From: Eledone cirrhosa
Lineage: Eukaryota
Direction: 5' to 3'
Assembly: GCA_964016885.1 (NCBI GenBank)
Contig: OZ024742.1
Span: 351,540,001 to 351,604,000 of the forward strand
Length of the DNA stretch: 64,000 bases
Shown here: positions 37,725 through 52,924 of the stretch, in pieces
How positions within the stretch are numbered: the stretch's first letter is position 1
Layout of the letters: every line of letters begins with the position of its first letter
Made by a program: the position numbers and the translations under genes
Notes under the pieces: model-generated
Databases searched by the model: none
Told to the model about the DNA's origin: nothing
The model's input: only the letters and a program-made list of their open reading frames with translations

Positions 37725-37937
37725 ATATATATATAAACAACTATCTGGTTGTGGAACCAACCAACCAACCAGAAATTTATAAATTTGTAAATTTATAAAT
37801 ATATATTAAATTAAATTGAAGTGAAAGCAACTGGTGCGTGTGTTTCTTATTGGCAACATGACCCTCCCAAAGTATAACAATATCGGTTTCAACACACGAT
37901 TTCAGATAAAGAATCTTGCTAAACAAATTCAGAAACG

Positions 37938-37993
<56 letters not shown>

Positions 37994-38011
37994 TAAGATA
38001 CACACACACTC

Positions 38012-38049
<38 letters not shown>

Positions 38050-39758
38050 ATCAGTGATGTTAATCCCCAACACACTATATCAACCATAATGTTTCGCGCC
38101 CCTGATGTCTTAGCGGCCATAAACGAAATTAAACACAATACAGCAGTCGGCCCCGACAGATTCCCTGCTGTCTCCTGAAGGTGTGTCGACAGCAACTTGC
38201 ATCTCCTCTTGTTAATCTATGGAAGAACTCACGGGATACTGGCTTTATTCCTGAAAACTTTATGTCCCAGTCCGTTGTCCTAGTCTTCAAAGAGGGAAAT
38301 ATGTCCCTTGCAGTGATCTATCGTCGGATCTCACTCACCTCTCATATTATCACGATATTTGAGAGGGTGGAGAGATCACGAATAACCCACTCTCTTGAAA
38401 GCAACGGTCTGCTGAACTCCAACCAGCATGGGCCCCGTAATAGAAGGGACTGCCTAACGCAGCTCCTTCACCACTTTGACGACGTTTTAGAGCCTTGGAA
38501 GAGGGCTCCAACACCGATGTCATCTACCTTGATTTCAGCAAGGCCTTTGACAGGGTTGATCATAATATTCTACTGAAAAAGACTATCCAATATTGGTATC
38601 TCTGGAAAGTTAGTACAGTGGATTAAATGCTTCCTGACAGGTAGAACCCAGCATGTTGTAGTCGAATGAGTAAAATTAAGCCCTGCAAAAGTCCGCAGTG
38701 GCGTCCCAGAAGGCACTGTGTTGGAATCATTTCATTTCATCATCTACATTAATGACATTACCGATATCATCAAGCACAGCAACGTAAGAATCTTCGCAGA
38801 TGATTCCAAGCTCCAAAGTGTCATCAATGAGGTGGGTCACCTGACTTGCCTTCAGTCAGACCTACTGGCTGTTTCCAATGGGCAGAAAAGAATAATATGC
38901 TTTTGAATAAGGATAAATTTGAATTAACCCACTTTGGAAAAAATGATGCCCTGAAACTAACCTACTCTCTTCCTTCGGGTGAAAATCTAATGGTATCCAA
39001 TAACATCAGAGACCTGGGAGCAATTGTGGACAGGAACATAAGCTGGGCCACTCATATAAACAGCAAAGTCGATATGGCCCGCTGATTGTGTCCTTGATTC
39101 TCAGGAATTTCCAGTCGAGAGATATCCACATTGTTATCCTTCACTTCTCCACTTTTGCCCGACCCCAGCTTGAATACTGTTGTCCATTGTGGTCTTACCA
39201 CACGAAGCAAAGTATCATGAACGTTGAAGCACCCCAAATGTCAATTACAAAAAGGATAGATGGCATGACAGGCTTTGACTATTGGAGTCGATTAGAAATG
39301 GTCGACATTTATTTTCTCCAACGTCGCCGTGAGCGCTACATTATATGCATGATGTGAACATTATTCCATCAGCTTTGCCCTAATGATGTTTGCATCACCT
39401 TTAATGTACACCCAAATCTTGGGCCCCGTGCTATCCGCCCACGACAACAATCTCACTCGCATCTCATAACAACAATACGGCACAATTATTTCACCTCAAT
39501 TGACCCTGCTCTCTTTAACATTACACCAAAACACATCAAGGCAGAAACAGACCCCATCAAGTTCAAGACGTCTTTGGACAAATTCCTTCAAGAAATCCCG
39601 GTTGAGCCTCCTACACCCGGATATGCCTCCGTAAACTCTCTGCTCGAGTGGGCCATGGTGCCCAAACACTGATTTGTAAGACTTCGCCAGCTGATGCTAT
39701 TCAGTTAGACATGGTCTGGGCCAATACTGGCCGAAACCTATCAAAGTTATCAAAGTTA
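38050..39758 (+). mobile_element. 5'-truncated degenerate CR1-group LINE (RT fragment)
   Basis: GPDRFP, YRRISLTS, DVIYLDFSKAFDRVDH, SGVPEGTVL, FADDSKL and RPQLEYCCPLWS; short tandem tail tatcaaagt; (TA)n flanks. Confidence 0.88.
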
Positions 39759-39762
39759 TATA

Positions 39763-39836
<74 letters not shown>

Positions 39837-39855
39837 ATATATTTAATATAGAAAG

Positions 39856-39904
39856 GCTTCTACAGGTCTAGAACTGTTTCATTCGGGAGAAATCATCAGG
39901 AAGC
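39856..39904 (-). ncRNA. Type I hammerhead within a short fold-back element (39840-40025)
   Basis: GCTTC-CTGATGA-tttc tccc gaat-GAAACAG ttctagac CTGTA-GAAGC. Core-less inverted copy at 39912-39965. Confidence 0.8.
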
Positions 39905-40090
39905 CTAAATCATTTCTTCCGAATGAAACAATTCTAGTCCTGTAGAAGCATTCCTATATTAAATATTTATACTCTGCTCTTTATTGAGTACCTTACTTAC
40001 TGTGGTTACCCCCGATTGAACACTTAGATCCCGTTAAGGGGGAAAGCACCGATTTTTTGCATAAACTTTAATCTGTTATTTTAATAAATA

Positions 40091-40148
<58 letters not shown>

Positions 40149-41451
40149 CACATATATATAGGCAAACGGATATTTAATCTGTTGGTAATTCAACAAATAT
40201 ATTTATAACAGATTCGAAGCACTCGACAAGTTTTCTGGTGTATAATATGAATGATATTAATAAATGGAAACTATATTTATAAAACCATATTTATTCTATT
40301 ATATATATTTCAAGGGTAACAACACTTTGGTACGCTATTATCAGATAAACGGATCTTGAACGTTATAAATATTGTTTCCATTTATTAATATCATTGATAT
40401 ATGTATATATATATATATGCCTGTGTGCGAAAGTATTTACATTAAATCGCATGCATTGAAAAACAGGAAGCAGCGACATATATTATTTATTAATTGAAAT
40501 GAAATAGATGAGATTTTAATTTTAAAGTTGAAAGCATCTTATTTATTTAAGACATTAACATGCCATTTGATTTTATTATTAGTAAAACATTAATTTCGTT
40601 TTAATTTAGCAATTTGTGATAAATTTTCATTATAAATACCATTAAATATTTCGATATACAAGTTTTGTATTAACTCAACCTTAATGTTGGACTGAATTAC
40701 CGTGTAAAATCCGGTTTTAATAGCATCGATGTAGACTTAATGTTTACCACTATCGGAAATCATCTCACATTACATTCAACTTTGATGTCTGTCGTGTTTC
40801 TCATATACTCAGTATATACAATATAAACAAGAGGAACTCATTCTTTGTCTATGAATAACGGAGGGATGTAACTAGCTAGTATTATATACAAGCAGTGCAT
40901 CAGATAATTCTATAAGAGTACCTATTCTAATCCAAGCCACCTTGTCTTCTGTTATAAGAATGATTATTTCCTTTGTCTTAAATTTAGATATTGGAAATGA
41001 ATAAAACCTGTATTTGTTTATATTATTGAGCTGATTCACCCATAACCGCTGTAATTACCAGGTTCTAGGAGATAGCGTTAAAGTTTAGTTAAAAACTGTC
41101 GTTTCTTTGAATCTGTATTCACACATACAAATATATATTTATATATGTGTATGTGTGTGTCTATGTATAACTCTGTACACATATAAAAGGCAATTTGCAA
41201 GTGTCGAAAATTATACCAACTTCATTTCAAGCTCAATGTGATCAAACTATCACAGACACACTCACACACACACACACACTCACACACACACACACACACA
41301 CGCATACACACCAACACACACACACGCACATATGATGAATACGACAAAACGAATCTGTTCAACACATATACAGTATAAGGAAGTAAGTGAACAAAGCCGA
41401 CGTGTTGAAACAGGCCTAGGGGCAAAGTGGCTTACACTTCTTCACACACAT

Positions 41452-41506
<55 letters not shown>

Positions 41507-42026
41507 GAGGTTATATTTAATGTGTTGGGATACAACAAGCAAAATATTTTTATAATTGATATAAAGCAATCAACAAATTATTGGAGTAAATATACAATAT
41601 ATTAGCAAATGGAAACTATATTTATAAAACCATATTTATTTCATTATACATATTTCAAGGGCCACCAAGGCAAACTATGGTGCGCTTTAATCAGATAAAA
41701 TATAATAGGAGATTCCAACCAGAATGGTTGCATTTCAATTCTCCTTTTAAGCATTTGCTTACGTTATGTTTGTGCATGCATGTATTTACGTTAGATGACT
41801 AGATGGACTTATTAAGGTCAGTTACTACATAAGTTTCGTTATCCCCGAGGACGAGCATGTTGAACCTGAAGCGGAAAGTTGAACAAGGTAGGCTTCAGGG
41901 ATAACGAAACACCCGAAACACGGATATTTGTTGGCCAAGTGAACACTTGACGAGATAGAAATATGTATTGCCATTTTTAAACTCAGTGGCCCCAAATTAT
42001 TGAAAACAAGTCTCAAACTTATGTCA

Positions 42027-42316
42027 ACAAAAAAAGAAAAAAAGAAGAAAAAAAAAGAAAAAAAGAAAAAAAAAGAAAAAAAAGAGAAAAAAGAAAAAAA
42101 AGAAAAAAAAGAAAAAGAAAAAAAGAAAAAAAGAAAAAAAGAAAAAAAGAAAAAAAGAAAAAAAAAGAAAAAAAAAGAAGCAAAAAAAGAAAAGAAAAAA
42201 AAGAAGAAAAAAAGAATAAAAAAAGAAAAACAAGAAAAAAAAGAAAAAAAAGAAAAAAAAAAGAAAAAAAGAAGGAAAAAAAAAGAAAAAAAGAAAAAAA
42301 AAAGAAAAAAAGAAAA
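42027..42316 (+). repeat. A-rich (A7-8G)n low-complexity tract
   Basis: Read directly. Confidence 0.9.
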
Positions 42317-43214
42317 ATTATGTTGACCAGTGTAAGTGTTAATATTGAAATATTGGATAGAATAAAGAAATGTAAATCATGATAAGATACTATGATGTGA
42401 AAAGAATGGTGTATCTTGTCGATTGGAACACTTGAATATGAACTTGACGTTAGTGTATGAAAATAATGTTATCTATATTCTCCATAAGTTAGTATATTCT
42501 GGATCAAAATCATATTGTGTTCTCATTTGAATCATGAATACGCAAATGATATGTCAGGAGCAGCATCGACGGTTTCAACGCGTCTACTTTCTATCTGATT
42601 TGAAAATATCGAAGTCTCCATGTTGTCTGTACCTCAATCTGAAGATATGTATCATGTGTATGTTTAGCAAAGAGTAAAGTGTGATAATAATTGTCTCTTA
42701 CTTGACAGTACAGAAATTGAGACATATAGTGGCTACGAGAGTAATCAGTTTTAGACGGAAATAAGTAATTGTATAGGCAACATTTGTCAATAAACAATGT
42801 TCAATATTTCTTGTCTGGTGCGTGTTTGTGCAAAATATAATTTTCTAGATAGTGTCGATCAGAGGATCATGAATATCGCAGTCATAGGGAATCAATATGT
42901 ATCCATGTACTTAAAAATGCATTGATTATGTTCTGTACCCACATAAACAGAAATACATACACACGTATATTCCCGTATGTTGCAAACAACTGGGCTAGGA
43001 CTTACAACTAAAGATAATTTCCCTGCCTCCAGGCATCAATGTTGGAAGATTCACAGACAGCCATGACTACAGGCACCCCAGTCTTTAAGTAAATATTTGA
43101 ATAATACAATATATACATACATGCATGCGTACATACGCATGCACTTCTCTCACATTTTCTCTCCTTCGCCTCGTCTATCGTTCTCCAGAAATGTCCCCTA
43201 CTTTTCTTCTCCCT

Positions 43215-43265
<51 letters not shown>

Positions 43266-43277
43266 TCTCTCTCTCTC

Positions 43278-43339
<62 letters not shown>

Positions 43340-43549
43340 AACACACATACGTGTATGTATGTGTGCACGCGTTTAATGTATAAGACAATGTTAAGTAGCC
43401 AGTTAATCGGTATCATTCAGTTCAGGTATCTCTGTGTAGACCAATTCATTCCGGTTATAGAACTCAAATCTGCTGTCTAACACTAGAACTTATTTTGAGG
43501 CTTATAATGTGGAATCACATTACATCCAGCAATTACTCTGCGTATCAAT

Positions 43550-44105
43550 ACGATGGTAAATGGTGGTAAACAATGGTGAAGGATGTTAAAGAACGGTAAA
43601 CAACGGTAAACAACAGTAAATAACGATAAACAATGGTAAACAATTGTAGACAACGGTAAACAACTGTAAACAACACTAAACAACAGTATACATTGGTAAA
43701 CAATGGTAAACAACGGTAAACGATGGGAAACAATTGTAAACAATGGGAAACAACGATAAATAATGGTAAACGATGGTAGACGACGGTAAACAACGACACA
43801 CAATGGTAAACAACGGTAAACGACTGTAAACAAGGGTAAACAATATTAAACAACGGTAAACAACGGTAAACAATGCTAACAATGTTAAACAACGGTAAAC
43901 GACGGTAAACTATGGTAAACAATGTTAAACAATGTTAAACAATGGTAAACAATGATACACGGCGGTAAACAACTGTAAACAACTGTAAACAACGGTAAAC
44001 AATGGTAAACAATGGTAAACAATGGTAAACAATGGTAAACAACGGTAAACAATGGTAAACAATGGTAAACAATGGTAAGCAATGGTAAACAATTGTAAGC
44101 AATGG
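43550..44105 (+). repeat. 10-bp tandem minisatellite (GGTAAACAAY)n, ~55 units
   Basis: Read directly. Confidence 0.95.
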
Positions 44106-44233
44106 AGTACCTAACTATTGCGCCCTGGATTTATATTTGCATTCCTTAATATACGAAATATAGGAATGTCATCATTTAAGATCACTGTTACAGGCAGTTC
44201 TGAAATGGCTATTAATCCTATTTTCTATTTATA

Positions 44234-44300
44234 CTAGACCACTCCTGACCCGTGGGTCATGTTCACATAAAATTACTTTTTTAAGTCATGTTCACTTGAA
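44234..44300 (-). mobile_element. Helitron-like 3' terminus
   Basis: Minus strand: hairpin TGACC-cacg-GGTCA, 8 nt, then CTAG|T. Homolog at 58464-58525. Confidence 0.55.
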
Positions 44301-44457
44301 AATAATGTTGAAATAATTAGAATATAAACAGAGGTTTATAGAATGTAGTTGTATGAAATTGGACGTTCGAGATGCATGTGGGTGTCTGTGACCTATATAC
44401 ATTGGCGGTCCCATATACACACACATATACCCACGCACATATATATATACACCCACC

Positions 44458-44546
<89 letters not shown>

Positions 44547-44643
44547 GTATATATACAGGTGATATCTTTAAACATACCGTGTTTCTTTAGAAATACGAAA
44601 TTCCTATACACAACTGTATACAGCTATGCCTGAAGCTAAATCC

Positions 44644-44674
<31 letters not shown>

Positions 44675-45149
44675 GCTGTGTGTGTGTCGTTTTACGTAAT
44701 GCAGCTATAGCAATATCCAAGACAACACCAAACAATATACTATATAGTCTGTGGGCACAAGTTTGAAAGTTTCACCTAGAATATGGTGGAGCAGAGGATT
44801 TAAAGTTAGCCGCATTATTGTCAAAGTGTTGAAGAATATGATACACCTTGGTGCCTTGAGGTTCCATATAAATATTGGTAAATACATAGACATGTAGTAA
44901 ATTGTTTCATCAGTATATGATGTAGGTTGAATTACCACACATAACAACATTGTAGTTAATCTTCACTCTTTTGATAAAATCAGTGCTTAAAATATTGTGT
45001 ATAGAATTTAATAACTAAACCCGTGCTTAAGTAAAAATTAATAATATTTATGGAAGTAAAACTAATTAAATTGGTTAATAGTAAGTTATCGGCGCATGAA
45101 ATATAGTTTGACTACTTTTATTATGAGGATAAAGGCAACGTCCTCTTTT

Positions 45150-46080
45150 AAGAAGTATTCCAAATGCTACCTGAAATTATAGAGAGTATTAGAGAGTGAG
45201 AAGTAAGAGTGTGTTGAAGTGTAAATTATCGGAGAAGCATTCTGTTATTGGTTTATATGGAGCGAATACTTGGTAAAACATTAACGTGAAGAATTTCTTT
45301 TGGAAACTATAAACATTGTTGATAATAAAATATGGTGAAGGTATGTTAGTAAAGATAATGAAGCTGAATATGGTGGGGCGAAGTATACGAAAGAAAGTAA
45401 ATCTTGGTTAAGATGCTCACTCATTGATAACGTGGGTGGTAAATATGTCTCTATTGTTTGGTATGAAGACGTCGAAGGTTTTCTATGGGAGGGAGAGATT
45501 TGCATTATTGATATTTTTGTTTAAGCTATCCTCGTTTCCGTCTTGAAATTGATATTGCTATCGGTGACTGCAGTAGAAGGAAAAACAGTGCCTGAGTAAT
45601 AATCGCCGCCATACACCTAACACTGATCGTTGTAATGGCGTGTAGTGGTACTGGGAACTGTTAACTATACTGATAAATCTAATACTTTATGTGACGAAGA
45701 TGATTGTGAGGATGGAAAATAAGTTAAAAATAATAATAAGAAAAAAATAATGCGCTATGAAATGTGGGACATTAAATTATTAGCTTTATGTGAATCAAAA
45801 GAAGACATAATATGATGGGTGGAGAATGTTGTTGGAAACATTGGGGAAGCACTAAATTTCAGCAACAATAGATAATAACTTATCTGCATTAAATGTGACC
45901 CAGCTTCTCAAGAAAATAAAGTAAAAGAGAAAGAAAGTATATAAAGCCGCTGCGAGCATTTAAGAAAATTCCTGCTCGTTCTATTGACAATATTTTTTTC
46001 CTGAATGTTCTCAGGAGAAAATAGACAAAGATTGACAACATAAAAGAAATAAAATCGATAACATCAATGTTTATGTTTTT
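45150..46080 (-). pseudogene. Probable intronless class A GPCR pseudogene
   Basis: Minus-strand translation gives FNLFSILTIIFVT*SIRFISIV (TM3/DRF-like), SFVYFAPP (TM5-like) and NASPIIYT (NPxxY-like) in the expected order, with many stops. Confidence 0.45.
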
Positions 46081-48208
46081 AAATATTTTTCAAGAAGAAA
46101 ATTCCATTTAAAAAAACCCAATACATTTTCTTCGTATTTTGAGTTAACTTTACATAATTTATCTGTACACAATTTATCTTTAAATAATTCTTTAAAGAGA
46201 CCAGCATATCATATTTCAAATCTGTTGCATATCTAATTTGGTTATTTCCCTTATATAGAGGACTGTATACCAGTTATGTATCCGCAAGTGAGAGTAATGA
46301 TCAGTATATCCCTTACTATCACTGACACATTCTAATTCAAATAATATATCATTCCTCTAGATCTGTAGGACTTGAGCTAAATAATTACTATAGAATAATG
46401 GATTTGTAACTATAGAATAGTACTCAATTTTATATGTTATTATTTATTTCTGCACGATTGTAAGTTGAGCCACCAATAGCAATGTCATGGTACCGATGTT
46501 AAATAATGTGTGAATAACACTATGTGTTTAACGATGTCATTTCTAAAGCACAGTTATGTGTTCTCGTCTGCTACGCAGTACCGTGGGCATATGCCGTCTC
46601 TACACACACGGTGTGGGGGGAGGGGCATTATGAGTGAAATGTGATAGACCCAAAATGAAGAAGGCTGTTACATAGTTGGTTAGAGATAATTAACTAAACC
46701 ACGAATAGAAGAGTAGGAGTGCATATGGCTTCTTCAGCCTTGGAATGAGGTGATATTCTTCTTGTCGCAGGTGCACCTGGGATATAGCTACATATTAGTT
46801 TTTGTTCGGCAGATATTTAAACAACAACAATCCGTAAACTGTTACCTGATCCTCATCTATGTAAAAAGGACTATGTTTTTTCAATCATCAACTGAAATGT
46901 TTTAAATTAATGTCATGTGATTTCCCGAGGATTTTGTTCAGTAATATTTCTATTAGGGCCTATCGACCAGTGAAAATATTACTTTTCGACTAAGTCCTGT
47001 TCTTGTTCTCCTATAACAGCTTGGGGTAAAGGAGTGTTCCACTGGATTCTAACACCTCATTAAAGATTCGTAACCCTTAATTATAGAGTAAAAAAAAAAA
47101 AAAAAAAAATTATTAGAATCCTTGGTGCGTTGTGATCAAAAAATAAATGATCTCTTTCGTGTTGCTTCATATATTTTTCAGCAGTAGATGCGAGAAAACT
47201 CTCTGCTGAATTGCCGTCTTGTTCTACAAGCCTCATCCAGCCTGTTTAACCGACGTACAGGTCATACAGAGATTTAGGAGGAAAGATATATTAGATTACG
47301 CCTTTCCTTGAGATATACTTCTTTCTGGGGTGCACATATCATGCCTTTATTATTAGAAAGAATAGAAATCCAAAATGTATGAATGTAACTAAACAACAAC
47401 TATTTAACATAAATCCAAAAATATTTCATTTTTATGGAATATAAGAACACATTTTATATTAAAATATATTACTTTGTAAAATACTTTCGTGATTATACTG
47501 TCTTTATAAACTCGAAATATCATGTTCATGTAATATTTATAATAACGAGAAATTCTGAAAATCATAATTATTCGTATTGTTTCGACTGTTTATTTTCGTA
47601 AGTTACACAGTGCATAGTTGCAGAGAAAAATGTTTTTAACTGAAAGAAATGTTAGTATTTAAAATAACATAGAGATTGATTTACATTATATACATTTTCT
47701 TTTCTTCTATTAATACATTTATGATATAGAGAAATCGAAGGTGATCAAAATAAGATTATGCATGAAATAAAGTTTGACTGCCATGGATAACATATGAGGA
47801 AAACACGTATACAATTTTATTCATAGCTAATAGAATTAGTTTGTCTCTTATCGAATGATATTCTATCCAGGGGTAAATAAAAAACAACATGTTTATTGCG
47901 TATTACTTGCAGTGGGATTTCAGGGAAAGACAACCTCACATAATACTACATGTGATGAGGAGGATAGTGTAGCACAGTCATTAGTAAGTAATATACGTAC
48001 AGAAAACGCGCAAATATACAAAGACAGAGTTGGATTTATACACAGACACACAATAATTTTATAATCAGCGTGTATATATATGAATGTTATGTATAAACAT
48101 ATATGTGTATATGAAGGTATGTATATGTGTTTATGCACACACACACACACACACACACTCACACATACATACGCACACACACACACACACATACACACAC
48201 ACACACAT

Positions 48209-48265
<57 letters not shown>

Positions 48266-48737
48266 CCATAATTTACTTTCAAAAGCATTTTACACAAATG
48301 CATAAATGTATATGTGCAATTGTACACACACACACACTCACATAGAAGAAGACATTTATATATAAATTCATAAATGTTTGCAATTGTGTATACGTATGAA
48401 TGTAAGTAATTCTGCGTTTTTCTATGATTTTGTCTATATATGTATTTACAAACACATACATATGCTTTATTGACATAAATACATATTCCATTCAATCCGT
48501 TTCAAACCTATGTTTATCGAATTTTACTTTGAAAATCCATTTCCTGTAGAGACGAAAAAAATCTATTCGAGGTTTAAAAGATAAAGATTTAAAATATGAA
48601 AAACAACAACAAAGAGAAATACATTCAATAAAAATGAAGTAATAGAAATAGACAATGCTTAAGACATTTTTTCCCTTACCAACAGAATCGAAAAACGATC
48701 GGATTTACTTCTAAGAATGTATAGACACTCACACATA

Positions 48738-48780
<43 letters not shown>

Positions 48781-48834
48781 AAACGAACACACTCATATAT
48801 ATACATATATAAATACACACACGCGCACACACAC

Positions 48835-48929
<95 letters not shown>

Positions 48930-49374
48930 AATATATATATGTATGTGTGTGTGTATGTATTTGCGTGTGTGTATGCGTGTGTGGTGTGTATGTGTGTGTA
49001 TATTTATATATGTATATATATATATCAGTGTTACTTCGTGAATGTAGGTATATATAATGCTCAAAATAAATATATTTGTAGCAATTCTTGAAATGAAATG
49101 CACTGACACTCATAGACATATATTGTGCAATGCTTTATTCTTCACAAAAAGTTGCCGTGGCGTTTTCGTTGTTCGAAACACTGCGAATCGTATACGTCAT
49201 ACCTATACATGTAAAACGCCAAATATGGAATTTGTATCATTAACATGATAACAGCCTAATATATTAATAATTACATTTGAAATATATGAAATTTTATATA
49301 TACATATATATATGTAATGAAACACACCGAAATACATACATACACACACACATTCACACACACACACACACACA

Positions 49375-49420
<46 letters not shown>

Positions 49421-49421
49421 A

Positions 49422-49473
<52 letters not shown>

Positions 49474-49542
49474 GTGAGGTTTTTTTTACAAAATGAAAAA
49501 TAACCGAGGTGTGAAAAACCACAGACCCTCCATCTCAACTCA

Positions 49543-49579
49543 CCTTTTGAAAAGCAGAAGACTGCGAAACCGGTAAAGG
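49543..49579 (+). ncRNA. 37-nt minimal hammerhead, U3:A8 variant
   Basis: CCTT-TTGAAAA-GCAG aaga CTGC-GAAAC cg GTA-AAGG; palindrome ACCGGT. Confidence 0.75.
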
Positions 49580-49648
49580 AACCAAATAAATATATATATT
49601 TAAAAAAAAAATAAGACTCCAATTGCATTTTCGATTTCATATCTTTTT

Positions 49649-49697
<49 letters not shown>

Positions 49698-49698
<1 letters not shown>

Positions 49699-49749
49699 CT
49701 TCCTGATTATCTCTCCCGAATGAAACAGTTCTAGTCGTCCTGTTGAAGC
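49698..49749 (+). ncRNA. Decayed hammerhead, same family as 39856-39904
   Basis: GCTTC-CTGATTA(G8>U)-tctctcccgaat-GAAACAG...CTGTT-GAAGC. Shares the downstream tail attgagtaccttact, also seen at 212-250. Confidence 0.65.
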
Positions 49750-49903
49750 ATTTTTCTATATTAAATATATATACTCTGCTATATATTGAGTACCTTACTG
49801 ACTATAGTTAATGACGACTGAACCAGGGTTAAACTTATACACACACATACACACACACACGCACATATATATATATATATATGTATGTATATATATATAT
49901 ATG

Positions 49904-49967
<64 letters not shown>

Positions 49968-50604
49968 CCAAACTGGCGTATTCGTCCCTAGGTTTTCAGA
50001 GTTTCCCGAATAAAGTTCATCAAGAAAAGTTGACATACGATGTATGGAACCGTTCCTGTAAAATTGCGATAGGTCTGAAATCACACTTACGTGCTCATCA
50101 ATTGGAATAGCCTTAATATATTTGTTTATGATATTCAATAAACGGTTCTTGGGACTGATTTTGCTTTATCATCATTCAGATGAGTTGAATATAGAGGGCA
50201 GTGAGACGCAGCCAGTCCTGAAACAGTTCATCTGACTGCCAAACTATTCACAGATATGAATATAAATATATTGAAAATATGTTAAGAATTGTTAATGTAT
50301 TTGTATATATATGTGAATTAGTGTAGCAATACGTCTGTATTTTTAGTGAAAGTTACGATATTAATACCAAAATCTAGCTACATGTACAGATGTACGCAAT
50401 AAGTATTTATTAGATTGACTGCAGATTTATAATGTGCGATACATTATCTAGCGGAACTGATGCAAACATGGGGACACGACGCTGTAAATACACATAAGAT
50501 AGTTATCAACACAGAGGGAATCCTCTATCTCCCTCTCTGACCTCTCTATCTCTCTACCTCTCTCTCTATATATACACAGTAATACACACACTTATACACA
50601 CACT

Positions 50605-50680
<76 letters not shown>

Positions 50681-50704
50681 TAATATATATACAATATATA
50701 GAAG

Positions 50705-50848
<144 letters not shown>

Positions 50849-50909
50849 CATCTATATATTGTATATATATATATATACACATATATAATATATATACAAT
50901 ATATAGAAG

Positions 50910-51158
<249 letters not shown>

Positions 51159-51172
51159 TAAAATATATAGAA

Positions 51173-51221
<49 letters not shown>

Positions 51222-52083
51222 TTGTTATACTTGGGGAGGGTCATATTTGTGTAATATTGCCAGAATTAATAACAGAACACACTCACTGTTTGTTGGTTTT
51301 CGCTTCTCGCTTCTGTCTTTTATATCGGTAATCTAACTTACTCCGTCCTCAATGTTGCCATTGACTGACCAACGGTCAAAAATAATACAGATACAATATA
51401 GACACAAACACATATATATAGTTTATCATAAATCTTTCGTTGCACATCTACAACATCGTCAGTGGTGCTATAGATTCCTCCCGTTGCATTGTATTTCTAC
51501 GCCATCTTTATTTAGTCTGTTTATATATTTATTTATTTATTTGTTTGTTTGTTTATTTTATTTTGTCTTCTTGCGCATGCATTTGCGTGTGTGTATAGTG
51601 TTTTGTTTGTTGTGTGTTCGTGATTGGGTGACTGTGTATTGTTTAATGTTTTCTATGTTTACTAGTGTGTGTTTATATGTGTTTGTTGTTATTGTGCTTG
51701 TGTATGTATTTTTTTATTTATCTATTTATTTATTTAAACCTAACATCTTGATTCTTCACCCTAAAATAGCATAGATTAAATATTTTCAAACTTAACCGTT
51801 TAACTTTCGGAAAATATCCTTCTACATTACATCCCTCTCTCTCTATATATATTATCTCAGTAGCTCTCATTGACCGCTTTCCCTGATAAATTGTAGTATC
51901 AAACATTTTAAAATCTCTATAACTGTTACATTAAGCAACGTTTTTCTCACTCACACATTCTCTATTGAATTGATTACGTTTTTGCATTTTCTCATTATTA
52001 GGGTATAAATGATAAACTTTCTCTTGGGTTAATCACTACCTTGATTAAATCTTAACATCTCAGGGTATGTCATGTATCATTCT

Positions 52084-52136
52084 ATTTTGTCTGATGAGGA
52101 GGTACTGTTGTACATCTGAAATATGTATAATAAAAT
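52084..52136 (+). ncRNA. Minimal type I hammerhead
   Basis: ATTTTGT-CTGATGA-ggaggtac tgtt gtacatct-GAAAT atgt ATA-ATAAAAT. Confidence 0.8.
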
Positions 52137-52279
52137 GTAATTGATAAAAAGAACATCTATGTTATTAATATTTGTATTTTAATATTAATATCTCTGGAAA
52201 ATTATTTTTACCATAGAGTGCTTCCAATCTACTGTAAAACTCATTCTTTGATATACTCATTGAATATTGTTTAACTCTG

Positions 52280-52340
<61 letters not shown>

Positions 52341-52460
52341 GCTTATAATTATGCCCCATTTTTGTGTGTAAGTCACTTTAACGGCCTGACCCCATGCAAA
52401 GGGCCGGACGCGAAATATTCTCTTACTATGAGGCTTTATACCCATATAGTATGGATATAT

Positions 52461-52538
52461 CTGTCTGAAGATCTAATACTTTCCATTGGAAATTCTCTGA
52501 ATTTCCAATCTTTTGGTTAGTGAAACCGTCCGTAACGG
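52461..52538 (+). ncRNA. Type I hammerhead, tandem copy 1
   Basis: CTGT-CTGAAGA-tctaa...ttagt-GAAAC cgtcc GTA-ACGG. Confidence 0.7.
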
Positions 52539-52924
52539 CAATAGAACAGGTGAATATTTAAATCGTTGTTACTTTATTTAAAGGATTGTTTGATTATTAC
52601 TTGTTTCGCTCACTTTCATAGTTCTGGTATCTGAAATAGTACCATCGAAACACAACTATTATAAACATCATGCATATTTATGTGGGTACATAGTACATGT
52701 TGCAATATCCATACCCTTTTATATTTATTCTCATTATATCTAGAGAACAAAACGTTGTATCGCGCTGCTATTTTTAGCAGCATGATCAACAAGTTTATAA
52801 TATCCCTTTTTACTTATGGCCTATTTTTGTGTGTGGGTTACTTTAACGGCCTGACCCCATGCAACGGGCAGGAAGCGATATATTGTCTTACTAAGAGGCT
52901 TTATACCCTTATAGTATGCAAATA

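Noticed and set aside
41833-41913. Short inverted repeat gtttcgttatccc/gggataacgaaac
   Set aside because: No ribozyme core or element boundaries could be identified.
43550-44105. CRISPR-like array or repeat protein
   Set aside because: Contiguous 10-bp units with no spacers, in a eukaryotic context.
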